Shown here: positions 1 through 10,443 of the stretch, piece after piece
Layout of the letters: every line of letters starts with the position of its first letter
How positions within the stretch are numbered: the first letter of the stretch is position 1
IMG/VR virus record: IMGVR_UViG_3300035208_001463
Location: 48,521-112,520 of that record
From: a virus
Lineage: Duplodnaviria; Caudoviricetes
DNA length: 64,000 nucleotides
Direction: 5' to 3' (one strand)
Notes under the pieces: model-generated
Database searches by the model: none
Seen by the model: the letters and a program-made list of their open reading frames with translations, nothing else
Told to the model about the DNA's origin: nothing
Translations under genes and position numbers: made by a program

Positions 1-1
1 A

Positions 2-634
2 ATGTTTTTCGGAGTTCCACAAACTGTTGATATCAATACTCAAGTATCTTCCGAGTATTTAGTATCATATGCTCGAAGAAACTATACATATTTCTTACCG
101 GGCGAAAGGCTTCTCATAAGAGCAAATCTTTCAACAACAAGTGTTGTTAGCAGAACTGGTTATATAAGTGTTGCTGGTACAACTGAAGCCAGTATGGTTC
201 AAATCGGGTATTGGATGGATACACCCAACGAAAGTTACGCCTACTCACCCAACGAAAGTTACGCCTACTCACCCTCCGGCGCAACGCCATTGACCCAATG
301 GATAGTTGTCGCTCTGACCGCAATAGCATTATTTGTATGCGCGTTTTATTTTAAAATGAGAAATGAAGACGGTGAAATTTCTAAAGAGCGCATAGTATTT
401 TCAATAGTATCCACCGTCGTGTGTGGAATAGCAGCATATTTATCATTGGAGATTATTATACCGAGTGGGGGATTGGCGACAAGTGTTGTATATCAGCAAC
501 CCGTGATAGCAATTCTATTCACAATGGCAAGTATTATATCCTTTGCGAACTTTATATATTGCATCACACAAAAAGATATGTTGAAACCGGAGAAGAAAGA
601 TTATAAAAATGATGGAGAGGGGGAGAGGAGATAA
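2..634 (+). CDS. Membrane protein, 5'-truncated, three C-terminal TM helices (candidate virion/surface protein)
   Basis: ORF open from window start; hydrophobic segments WIVVALTAIALFVCAFYF, IVFSIVSTVVCGIAAYL and VIAILFTMASIISFANFIY. Confidence 0.6.
   Translation: MFFGVPQTVDINTQVSSEYLVSYARRNYTYFLPGERLLIRANLSTTSVVSRTGYISVAGTTEASMVQIGYWMDTPNESYAYSPNESYAYSPSGATPLTQWIVVALTAIALFVCAFYFKMRNEDGEISKERIVFSIVSTVVCGIAAYLSLEIIIPSGGLATSVVYQQPVIAILFTMASIISFANFIYCITQKDMLKPEKKDYKNDGEGERR
222..274 (+). repeat. Perfect in-frame 24-bp tandem duplication (PNESYAYS x2)
   Basis: cacccaacgaaagttacgcctact at 222-245 and 246-269, plus partial caccc. Confidence 0.95.
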
Positions 635-936
635 TGCACGTCAGTAGTTTATTTTTTTTAGTTGTTGTAGTCACGGTATGTTTATTTGGCGGTATAATGG
701 CTGCTGGAACCTATCAGGCAAACGCGCCGACCAGTCAACCAGATAGTTTGGGGAATATGCCTTCTCAGTCAACAAATACGACCGCTGGAATGATCGGAAA
801 CGTAACTGCTTTCGAGCAGGAAGGATCGGGATGGATGGTTTTATTAATCGCGGTGATTATAGTAATATGTGTTATAATCGGCGGAATGGTAATGTTGCGA
901 CAAAGCAAGTTGGGTGGGAATAAGTATAGGACTTGA
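634..936 (+). CDS. Small two-hydrophobic-helix protein, candidate capsid/envelope protein
   Basis: Hydrophobic N- and C-terminal helices, polar S/T/N loop with N-x-T sequons, basic C-tail. Confidence 0.5.
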   Translation: MHVSSLFFLVVVVTVCLFGGIMAAGTYQANAPTSQPDSLGNMPSQSTNTTAGMIGNVTAFEQEGSGWMVLLIAVIIVICVIIGGMVMLRQSKLGGNKYRT

Positions 937-940
937 TATT

Positions 941-1228
941 ATGAAAAGACTTGTAATAGGATTAATGTTGATATGTTTGTTGATTGGTAGTGCAAGCGCG
1001 TGGACAATAGATGATAGAGAAAATAGAGTGGCCGGAACTGTAGATTTTTATAGTGATGGACATGGTATTTTGAATGTTACCGGATACCCGCTTATAAATT
1101 TTAATTGGTATCAGAGTGGTGATATGATAAGAGCGAGTTATTTGTTTTATGGGATCAATGTTTATTATAATGCGAGCACGGATGAGTTGTATAGTCCGTC
1201 AGTTGAAAATGTAACATTAAAAAGATAA
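941..1228 (+). CDS. Small secreted protein
   Basis: Signal peptide MKRLVIGLMLICLLIGSASA; ATG at 941. Confidence 0.6.
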   Translation: MKRLVIGLMLICLLIGSASAWTIDDRENRVAGTVDFYSDGHGILNVTGYPLINFNWYQSGDMIRASYLFYGINVYYNASTDELYSPSVENVTLKR

Positions 1229-1271
1229 AAAATTTTTAAAACTCCGGATAAACCATCCGAACATTGTTCAT

Positions 1272-2502
1272 CTAAAATGCAGCGATGATACCCCAAACTT
1301 TAGGTTGGGGAGGAGCGCGTTCACCACCAAAAAGTATTTATACTAATAGTGTTAATATATGAATGTGATTAGGACAATTAAGTTGAAACTTAATGTTTCT
1401 TCTGATGATAAGCAATGTCTCCTGCAAACAATGAGAGATTACACTGTAGCTTTTAACATCTGCTCAAATTGGGGTTTTAATAACCACACTGTCAGCAAGA
1501 TTGACTGTCACAATGCTACTTATAAAATTATTCGACAATCTGTTCCTAATCTACCCTCATCGCTCGTACAAGGTGCAAGAGATGTTGCATGTGAATCTTT
1601 GAAAGCAGTAAAATGCCATTTCAAACCCATTCGAAAAGAACATTCTGCAATGCGATATAACCAAAGAGTTATCCGTATCTGCCTTGACTCCGGGTATGCA
1701 ACCATCTCCACATCCAATGGTAGAATTAAGGCCACGTTTTGTATCCCGGAATATTACCGACAATATCTTTCGTGGAAGATTAAATCCTCTAATATATCCC
1801 TTCGTAAGAACGATGATATTTTCTACTTGCATTGCCAACTTGAAATCGATACCCCGAAGGTAACTACGGAGCGGTCGGTTATTGGAATAGACAGAGGCAT
1901 TGTTAATATTGCAGTATGCTCTAATAATGTTTTCTTTAATGCTAGGGCGATGAAGAATACGCGTGCAAAATATGCATATCTCCGAGCCGAATTACAGTCT
2001 AAAGGCACTCGATCCGCTAAACGAAAGTTGAAAAAACTTTCTGGTCGAGAAAGACGGTTTGTGACTGATGTTAATCATTGTATTTCGAAGCAAATTATTC
2101 AATTCCCATATACAATCCTTGCACTTGAAAACCTTACTAAAATACGCGTACAGAAACGTAGAAGTAAGAAGTTTAATATGAAATTAAATAGATGGGCTTT
2201 TTATGAACTAGAACGGTTTATTCGATACAAGGCAGAGAGTCTTGGTAAACTGGTTATTACTGTTGATGCTCGTTATACCTCGCAGAAGTGTTCTGCCTGT
2301 GGTCATATCTATAAAGGCAACCGGAATGGTTCTCAATACCTCTGTCGTAACTGCGGTTTTGAACTCCATGCTGACCTCAATGCTTCCCGCAACATCGCTC
2401 AAGATGGTATATCTGTTTTGAGTAGGCTGCCCGTCAACCAGCCAAATGTAGCATGTCCTTGACATAGTTACAAGCCCCGTCGTTTACGGTGGGGCGGTTG
2501 AC
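1272..2502 (+). mobile_element. Non-autonomous IS200/IS605-family (IS1341-like) element, tnpB only
   Basis: Left-end hairpin CCCCAAAC-TTTAG-GTTGGGG (1291-1310) preceded by GATA, matching TCAT at 1268-1271; right-end hairpin GCCCC..GGGGC (2474-2495) preceded by CAAG and ending TGAC at 2499-2502; no tnpA. Confidence 0.8.
1359..2462 (+). CDS. tnpB: TnpB RNA-guided endonuclease
   Basis: RuvC motifs IGIDRG, LALENL and HADLNASRNIA; Zn finger CSAC..CRNC; YTSQKC motif. Confidence 0.93.
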   Translation: MNVIRTIKLKLNVSSDDKQCLLQTMRDYTVAFNICSNWGFNNHTVSKIDCHNATYKIIRQSVPNLPSSLVQGARDVACESLKAVKCHFKPIRKEHSAMRYNQRVIRICLDSGYATISTSNGRIKATFCIPEYYRQYLSWKIKSSNISLRKNDDIFYLHCQLEIDTPKVTTERSVIGIDRGIVNIAVCSNNVFFNARAMKNTRAKYAYLRAELQSKGTRSAKRKLKKLSGRERRFVTDVNHCISKQIIQFPYTILALENLTKIRVQKRRSKKFNMKLNRWAFYELERFIRYKAESLGKLVITVDARYTSQKCSACGHIYKGNRNGSQYLCRNCGFELHADLNASRNIAQDGISVLSRLPVNQPNVACP

Positions 2503-2520
2503 CGATTCGGTTGTTTTCTT
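2400..2520 (+). ncRNA. Predicted omega/reRNA 3' part with flanking guide (5' boundary uncertain)
   Basis: TnpB reRNA overlaps the gene 3' end and right end; guide would start at 2503 (CGATTCGGTTGTTTTC). Confidence 0.55.
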
Positions 2521-2666
2521 GTACATTTTTGTTTCCTCGTTTTGTTTGGGACTTCGGTTGTCCCTAAACATAATGTGCGATATTAGTATTTATAACTTTT
2601 GAATACGCGTTCTAACATATATAACTCACACAAACTCTTTTATAGAATGAACCACTATGGTTATTT

Positions 2667-2918
2667 ATGGTTAAAGAAGATACAACAAAACTTTTTACGC
2701 GCGACCAAGAGACAACCGTGAGATTCCAGTTGGCGTATGGTACGGGAATGATAATTGTCGCGCTTATCACATTTTGGATTTGCTCGCAGATATTTACCGT
2801 GGATATTAAATATGCTGTATTAGCAATCGGCATTATTCTAGCGTTGACGTGGTTCCGGGATGGACTTATGATCTTGGCAGACGTTGCGATTAACATTATG
2901 AAGAACCGCGAGAACTAA
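2667..2918 (+). CDS. Small two-TM membrane protein
   Basis: Two hydrophobic helices; upstream TATA-like sequence. Confidence 0.55.
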   Translation: MVKEDTTKLFTRDQETTVRFQLAYGTGMIIVALITFWICSQIFTVDIKYAVLAIGIILALTWFRDGLMILADVAINIMKNREN

Positions 2919-2956
2919 CCACAACCTTTTTATATAAACGCGTCTAATCATAATAC

Positions 2957-3256
2957 ATGAAAATCATAGGAACATTTTCTGTTACAAACGGGATGATCCG
3001 AGCACCACCCGGTACAGAAGGACGATTCACACTTGAATTGAATAGCAATGGATCTTTTATTTATCACCCACTAAAAAAATGTGATACAGAATATCCTTTT
3101 GAAGTTTATGATGGTAATGAATTGCTTGCTTCATTTCCTACAGAAGCAAAAGCCATCGAATATAAACTTACAATGGAAAAATCTTGTGGGCACACCTTAC
3201 GCATGAAGAAAATGTTCCCTTCTGCTGGGAAGAATGGGAAGATTGTGGGGGATTAA
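2957..3256 (+). CDS. Hypothetical protein
   Basis: ORF after TTTATATAAA box; first gene of a short operon. Confidence 0.55.
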   Translation: MKIIGTFSVTNGMIRAPPGTEGRFTLELNSNGSFIYHPLKKCDTEYPFEVYDGNELLASFPTEAKAIEYKLTMEKSCGHTLRMKKMFPSAGKNGKIVGD

Positions 3257-3260
3257 AAAC

Positions 3261-3551
3261 ATGATTAATCCTGCCAACATTGGTTATTTGAAGGGTATCA
3301 TCATAAAAGAACTTTCCGCCGGTCGTCAATGTGAAATAACAGGTAGTATGCTAGTTCACATTAAGAATATTGAAGATTACGAAAGCAAAAAAGAAAAATT
3401 CGTGGGAAAATTTGGAGAGGTCATTGCCAGAACACCAATTACAATAATTGCCACGCGATTTCCACCACCGTGGGCAGAAAAGAAAATTGACGAAGTGATA
3501 TGGGATTGTGACGAGATGTTACGGTGGGATGCTGATATTAATGACCGATGA
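3261..3551 (+). CDS. Hypothetical protein
   Basis: ATG at 3261; operonic spacing. Confidence 0.5.
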   Translation: MINPANIGYLKGIIIKELSAGRQCEITGSMLVHIKNIEDYESKKEKFVGKFGEVIARTPITIIATRFPPPWAEKKIDEVIWDCDEMLRWDADINDR

Positions 3552-3966
3552 AGAATGTCCATTAACAGCAAACCCGTGTAGGCATTGTTCTAGTGAACAC
3601 GTATATCGTCCATATACGAAGGTAGAAAAAGATCCGAAAACCAATTTGTTCAGACCCGTAGGTATTGGGAAAATGGAAATATTTTTGGGTCACTACTGTA
3701 ATAATGTTTGTTGTTGGTGCGATCAATTGGGAGGGTGTCCGATACCCGATGATCTGATACGACAGGGGAAGATGATTGAAGAAAACGAATTGGTGAAAGA
3801 GAAGGAGCGTGTGAAGGAAGAGAGGAGGAAAGCGAGAGAAAAAGCAAAGCGTGTGGCTGTTAAAAGTGCTGCGGGGAAACCAATTAAACGACTCACAAAG
3901 GTAACAAAAGCAAAACCACAGAATAAGAAAGGTGTTACGAAGGGTGTGACAAAACGAAAACTTTAA
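3541..3966 (+). CDS. Cys-rich putative Zn-binding protein with Lys-rich tail
   Basis: CP..PCRHC and YCNNVCCWC..GCP motifs; basic C-terminus. Confidence 0.5.
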   Translation: MTDEECPLTANPCRHCSSEHVYRPYTKVEKDPKTNLFRPVGIGKMEIFLGHYCNNVCCWCDQLGGCPIPDDLIRQGKMIEENELVKEKERVKEERRKAREKAKRVAVKSAAGKPIKRLTKVTKAKPQNKKGVTKGVTKRKL

Positions 3967-4022
3967 ATAAAATAATTCTCTTTATATTTATACTTGTTGG
4001 TGCTTTTCTTCGTATTTTTAAT

Positions 4023-5006
4023 GTGGGGTATCAATGTTTGTGGACGGAGGAAATTTACAGTCTCGAAATATCTTCTTTGTCAATCACAGACTTAATATTT
4101 AAATCTTTCGCTTCTGATTTCAATCCTCCCATTTACTATATCTTCGCGCACATATCACTTATTTTAACGAGTGGATTAGATTTTTCGATTAGATACCCAT
4201 CGGTAATAACAGGGATATTATTAATTCCTGTGATGTATTGGCTTGGTGCTACGTATAAAGATGAGGCGACGGGAATTTATTGCGCGGGTCTTACAACCAT
4301 ACTACTTCCATTCATATATTACGCTCAATTCGGACGCGCGTATTCAATGTCTTTATTGTTCTTCGCGCTCGCGTTGGTTTATTATATTAAAGTGAAAAAC
4401 GAAAACACACGAACCGATAGAATTTTGTTTTGGGCGTTGGCAGTAATAAACGTGTGGATACATCTGTTTGCTGCAATACCCATTGGATTAATGTGTGTAG
4501 ACCTATTACTTGACCGAAAACATTGGTTGTGTGGAATTGGTGCAGGAATATGTAGTTTGCCGCTTCTAGGTATGCTGGTGAATGTTTTAAGCACACGTAC
4601 ACACCAAGCGTTTAATTATGGTGCTTCAATTATTCAAATGGTTGTGCTGACACCAATGGAATTTTTCAACACTATATTCTTGAATATCTTTGTATTGGCG
4701 GGTGTAGGCGCGTGGTATGATAAAAATCCCATTAAAAAGAATTTAATAGTGATAACGGTAATTACGTTGATTGTGGGGGTTGTGGGATCTTGTTATACTC
4801 CGTTCTTCCCACGATACTATATGACGGTATCGTTGATTATTCTGTTGATGTGTTCGGCGGGTATTGTAGAATTGACGAAAACATGTTCCAAAAAAATAGG
4901 TAAAAATTTAGATTATATTATTCTGATAATACTATTTGTGGTATTTATCTGGATGGAATTTCCTAATTTGGTGAGTCATTATACTATAATGCAGTATGAG
5001 TGTTAA
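4023..5006 (+). CDS. GT-C fold membrane glycosyltransferase (ArnT/PMT-like); true start probably upstream
   Basis: LWTEEIYS, PPIYY, RYPSV and QFGRAYS motifs, about 10 TM helices; an in-frame TM helix continues upstream to about 3966. Confidence 0.75.
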   Translation: MGYQCLWTEEIYSLEISSLSITDLIFKSFASDFNPPIYYIFAHISLILTSGLDFSIRYPSVITGILLIPVMYWLGATYKDEATGIYCAGLTTILLPFIYYAQFGRAYSMSLLFFALALVYYIKVKNENTRTDRILFWALAVINVWIHLFAAIPIGLMCVDLLLDRKHWLCGIGAGICSLPLLGMLVNVLSTRTHQAFNYGASIIQMVVLTPMEFFNTIFLNIFVLAGVGAWYDKNPIKKNLIVITVITLIVGVVGSCYTPFFPRYYMTVSLIILLMCSAGIVELTKTCSKKIGKNLDYIILIILFVVFIWMEFPNLVSHYTIMQYEC

Positions 5007-5494
5007 AAAAGAATTAAATCTTATGATCCTTCACGTATTCCAGAAACGCCAAATATGCAAATTTCTTTCCTTCTTCTCTTGATTTGAATCCTTGAATATC
5101 ATGGAAAGAAAATGCACTCATTAATTTGTCTGATGTTATCATAGGGCTTTTTACTTTATGCGACCAGAAAAATTCAAAAGCATCTTTAGTATTGGTGAAA
5201 TTCTTTGAAGTAAGAGCACCATTTGCTTTGTTGTAAATGACTTTGTAGATCACTTTTTTCCCACCTCATAATAAAATTAAATTTTGTCTCTTAATGCTTC
5301 ATAAGCATTTTTATATTCAATACCATTTACAAATTTCCATTGATCTCCTTTTGAAACATATTTAGTAAGTCTCCAATGATCACCTATTGAAACGGCACGG
5401 AGTTTTTCTCCTTTCTTCCCAATCGCATAAACATTATTTTTAGTAGAAGATATGATTTTTCCAGATTTAATAGATTTTGATTTTTTGGTTGCTC

Positions 5495-5674
5495 TCATTT
5501 CCCCAACCCCCCAATAACAGATCCAGCTAAAGCTACCCCCATTCCAGCAATAGCGACATTTCCAACCATTTGAGTGGTTGCTTCCATCGTCCTTTCCATA
5601 CTTTTAATTCCCTCGAATTCGGGGGATTTGCGCTTCTGCGGCTTACGTTTTGTTGTTTTTGTTTTGCGTGGCAT
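5495..5674 (-). CDS. 59-aa protein with basic N-terminus and C-terminal hydrophobic helix (not in ORF track)
   Basis: Manual translation MPRKTKTTKRKPQKRKSPEF...VAIAGMGVALAGSVIGGLGK. Confidence 0.65.
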   Translation of the reverse strand: MPRKTKTTKRKPQKRKSPEFEGIKSMERTMEATTQMVGNVAIAGMGVALAGSVIGGLGK

Positions 5675-6069
5675 GATTACTCGTCCGTTTTATTTCTATG
5701 ATAATTTGAATAGTTTATATCAGTGCGGTGTTTACTCGATTTTCCTTTAACCTTTCTAATTTTTCGCGTGTTTGCTACCGATTCGTTAACATCTAATCTA
5801 TATCTTCCCCGCGATTCTTTCTTTAATTTAACTGTACCTATTCTTTTATGTGATTGTACCATGTTATTTCACACCTTCTTCGTATGCGCCCAAACTGTGT
5901 AAATGTATCTATCTACATCTTTGTCTTTAGTTACATGCACAATTTCGGTGCCATATTTACGAACTCTCTTTGCTTCAGCATCAGCATCTTTTTTAGTGTT
6001 GTGATATCCAACAACATAAAATTTCTTGTGATTAAAGATTCTCGATTGCATTTTTCACTTCCTCCCTTT

Positions 6070-6270
6070 CTAAATCCCCAACTTCTTCTCCATCTTTTTC
6101 AATTCTACATAATACTGTGAACTTTCCAAAAGATGATCTTTCGCAATTGCTTTTGCCACACGTTTGCTTTTGGTATGTTCCATCTCTACCTTTATACCAT
6201 ATTTTAATTGTGTGGCATCAAAAAAAGAATCTGGATATTTTGAACCTTTGCCACCAATTTTTGTAGTCAT
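6070..6270 (-). CDS. DUF5661-like viral protein
   Basis: QLKYGIKVEMEHT..AKAIAKDHL.E...YY..LKKME signature. Confidence 0.7.
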   Translation of the reverse strand: MTTKIGGKGSKYPDSFFDATQLKYGIKVEMEHTKSKRVAKAIAKDHLLESSQYYVELKKMEKKLGI

Positions 6271-7410
6271 TCCCTCTTACCTCCAATCTTATTCCTTGCT
6301 AATGTTTCCCAAATGCTAAATGGCTTCATATACGTTTTTTCTTCTGTCGCTATTTTTACTTCCGGTTCTCCTTTTAGATGAAGACGGAGAAATTCGGACA
6401 TGGTTATTTACCACTCAAACGTATCAAATCTTTTTCCACCGATGCTCTTCTTAAATGCGTGTTTACCCTTGTGCCGCCTTCCGAAATATAGATCATCTAC
6501 AGCAAGTTTGGTTGGTTCATAACCACCCATCATAGAACTATGACGGTGGACTTTGGATTTTGTGCGTGTTCCGTATTTTCTTGTAGAAGTCATTTTAATC
6601 TACCTCAATTTCCCATTATAAAATTCATGCGCGGTCTTTTCAATAAGATGAAGTCTCCAATTCTTCCCAACCTTTTTGACTTCGTAGCGTTTAATCATAC
6701 TACCAATCTTTTGCACATAAGTCAGACCTACCGCGCGCTGCCCGGCTTTCTGTGCCTCAATTTTAGTTGGGTATTCACCTTCAACGTATCGTTTTCTTGA
6801 CATTTCACAACCTCTAGATATACTTTCTACGTTATAGAAAATATTGCTATGTCTAATAGGTTAAATGTCAAAGTATAAATAGTTATCTATTGTTGGAAAA
6901 AAGAGAAAATATTTGATTATATTATTATACAATAGGCTTCATCTGTTTAATTGCATATGGGACATCGCGCTTCAATCTAATATATGAACTCAAATTAACA
7001 TTGTGATAATTGGCAAATTTTTCTCTTGCTTGTTTCCCATTAATTGCAACAACGGGTCTGAAATCTTCTGTTCCACTCCACCCGATATAAAAAATCTTTG
7101 GTTCTCCGGTTTTTGATTTAACAGCAACCATGATTTTTTTCCTATTTATTAGCGCGATCCGCATTCAACAACGCATTCGCGCGCTTCTTCATAAGTGCCG
7201 TTACACGAACCATCTTATTTCCCGTGGTTGTCGGGTTGTGTGCCACCATTCCAATCTTGGTATCCACAATTGCTTGGAGAAAAGTTAAAGGAATCTTTTC
7301 ACTTGACGGTACACCGAGCTGCTTGTGAAATACACCTTTACCGGCCCGCTTAAAAGCGTCTTGCATCCATAGATTTGTTTTGCGCATTTTTGTTTCACCT
7401 TTAATCAATA

Positions 7411-7566
7411 TTACTCTCTATTCCCACCACGACCAATAATATGAATCTTCCCCAATGGGTTTCGATTCATCATGGTGTTTTCCCCATCCGGCTGCAAAGC
7501 AACCTTATCCGACCCACCACCAGCCTCCTTCGCGCGGTTCATAAGGCCAAAGATGTCAACTTTCAT
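7411..7566 (-). CDS. 51-aa microprotein, paralog of 7568-7726
   Basis: MKVDIFGLMNRAKE...PDGENTMMNRNPLGKIHIIGRGGNRE. Confidence 0.65.
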   Translation of the reverse strand: MKVDIFGLMNRAKEAGGGSDKVALQPDGENTMMNRNPLGKIHIIGRGGNRE

Positions 7567-7567
7567 C

Positions 7568-7726
7568 TTAATCCCTGTTCCCGCCCTTACCGGTAACGTT
7601 TCGGAATCTTCCAAGAAGCCCGTTGGAAAGCATACTCTCTCCCTGCGCTCCGGGTACGCTGTCTTGGCGTTCCTTCGTGTATCCAGCAGTGCGATCCATG
7701 ATTCCTTTTAAGTCAGGTGTCTTCAT
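7568..7726 (-). CDS. 52-aa microprotein, paralog of 7411-7566 (not in ORF track)
   Basis: Manual translation MKTPDLKGIMDRTAG...AQGESMLSNGLLGRFRNVTGKGGNRD. Confidence 0.65.
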   Translation of the reverse strand: MKTPDLKGIMDRTAGYTKERQDSVPGAQGESMLSNGLLGRFRNVTGKGGNRD

Positions 7727-10443
7727 AAAGTCTTAATCTTCCCGAGGATTTTGGTTGTTTCCTCTTTTGTCTTACCCCACGCATTATTGGCATCAAGCGG
7801 TTGCCCGTGATGCTTATTGTGGAGTATTGTTTGATCAGTTGTATGTTCCATATACTTAAACCTTTTGGTTAGTTTTTCGTTTGCTTCTTCGGCTACGTTG
7901 AATAGGTGTTTCATAATAATCTACCTCTTGTGTATATAAACAACATACCATGTTTGTGTATCCACAACACGAGCAAGATATCCTTCTTTTCTTAATCGTT
8001 TTGCTTCCAAATTTGCTCTTTCTTTTGTTGAGAATGGATGATAAACATGATATGTTTTATCTCCAAATTTTCGTGTTCTTTCACTCATTTCCTCACCATC
8101 TTCTTCGTCTCTTTTTCCACACGCTCTACAACACCAGAAACAATCTTCTTCATTGATTCCAAACTAGACATTTTCTTGTGTGCTTCACAATGCGACTTTG
8201 ACACTTCTTTGTTAAGTGTGTTGTATTTCAATACATCTTTGGGGTTGACTTTTTCAAGACCCCCTACTGTAGGTTCTTTCATATTACTTCTCCCTCACAT
8301 GTGTAGGCACATTATCTGCGCGAACGGGATTGATATTGCCCGTCGACGGGTGGAACTTGAACCACGCTCGTGCGCCACCCGGATGTGTTACAACAATATA
8401 GTTGTCTCCGGTCTCGCTGTCATACCGCGTTCCATACTTATCACCACGGAAGAATTTCATTGTTGAGTGGTCAAAGAAATGACCACTTGATCGATTCTTC
8501 ATTTCTTGTAGTGTATATCTACGTGTTTTGTTGGTCATGATAAATTACTTCCCCTTCTTCATTTCTCTCACTACATCTTCAATTTCCCCCTGCATTCCAG
8601 AAAGAAGTTCAACGGCAATTGCTTTTTTGGTAGAAGTGGGGATAACACCAATTTTCTTTTCATAATATTCTTCCGCTGCTCTTTTATATTTTTTAATGCC
8701 GGTTTCGGCGAGATATGTGACTAGTTTGATTGCCTTCTCGCGTTCATATATTCCTTTCACTTTCTTCTTCGCGAGATTCACAACAATCGGTCTGTATTGC
8801 TGACGATAAAGTGTGCCATCAGATTCTACAGAGTCAACAATATATTGTGCAAATCCTCCGATACGTGTTCCAGATTTCATTTCAAACCCTCGCACCCTTC
8901 GCAACAAACACTCCATAACGGAGTCGCCCTGCTTCCTTACCGAGATCCACAACAATAGCGAGTGTCATATAATCCTTATGCATTCGTCCTGCTTGTGTTC
9001 CCAAGTCGCGCGCAGATGCCTTTGCAGTCTGCACGTTTTCATATGCATCATAAATCGAATAAACATGACCACGGAATGAATATCGCGTGATGTCTGGTGA
9101 TTTCGCTCTGTGAATCATAGTTATTTCCTCCCCAAAATTTCAATCTCGTATACTCTAAATGGGGCGTCTGTATACATATAGTTTACGGAAAGTTTGTGTC
9201 CCTTTGCAGAAGGGTGATTCTTACGAAATGTTGCTTCTGCATTCTTTTTGTTGTGTGCTGCTTGGAGAGTCATATTATTTCCTTCCTCCGGACTTCCCTT
9301 TAATTGATGTAGGTGATTTCCATGTGCTATACTGATATCCGGTAATATATCCTCCGATGTATAGAGTGTGGATATAATTTTTCCATGCTTCTCGCATTTC
9401 AAATTTATTGCTTTCTCCGTAATGTTTAATAGTGGATGGTAAAATGTTTTTTATAAAATATTTTTCTGCTTCTCGTTTTAATAATTTAGTTACCATAATT
9501 ATTTCCTCCGTTTAGGAACTTTCACAAGTGATTTTTCCGCCCATGTTAAATACTGTCCTTGTGGTCCATGTACCTTATAATGCCAACCAATATGTCCTTC
9601 AAATCTGTAATCAAGGTATCCAATTTTCCCCACATAATATGTGGAATCTTTAACTTTAACAATATCGCCAATTTTGTATTTTGGTTTTCTTACATTGCGT
9701 CCGTTGTAATACATTTTACTTACTCCCCCAATAAATAAACACCGCGTATGGTTTTGATTCAATATAACTTTTTCTGATTATAAGTTTACTATTTGAATTA
9801 CCTTTGTGTATCATTGCAGATTTACCCTTAATTTCAGCATATCGTTTTGAAGAATATGAGTTGTAATAAACATAAAGTTTTCCATTTATTTTCCTAGTTG
9901 GTTCAAATACCATTTTAAACCACCACAATCCTCCCCCCTCTTGAAGAGGTAGGAACCAATGTAATCTTGTTGTTCCCCAGATCCTTTCTGATTTCTACTT
10001 GTCCCTCTGACATCGGAATTGGATCATCCGGATCTCCAAGAATCTTAACTTTGTAAGGAACAGGACGTCCATTAACGCGCCGTCCCTTTGGAACGGTCAT
10101 TACGAGATTGCCTTTTGCGCGGGAATAGTGGCCTATTTCGATGGACATGGTTACTTCCTCCTGACGTAAACATGATACCAATTTCTCATTTCTTTTTCAA
10201 TTCGCACGTAGTGCGTGGGTTCATAATATTTTTTCCAATAATTTGCCCGAGCCATTGTGTGTACAGAATGTGCGTGTCTAAATCTCATACCATTAAAAAC
10301 TTCTGTTTTTTCTGATTCGCCACGGTGATTTTCAACCATTTTTCTCTCCTATCCCATATAGTGAGTTTTCACGATAAATTAATTTTGTTGTTATGAGATA
10401 TGAAAATAGTTTGTGGTTATAGTATATAAATGTTTGCTTAAAA

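Larger units (their letters stand above)
5014..10339 (-). other. Cluster of about 25 tightly packed tiny (50-140 aa), mostly K/R-rich ORFs
   Basis: Contiguous minus-strand ORFs with overlapping stop/start codons and GGAG/GAGG RBS. Confidence 0.75.

Noticed and set aside
222-274. Borg-type tandem-repeat signature
   Set aside because: Only one two-copy repeat seen in 64 kb; Borgs show many multi-copy arrays
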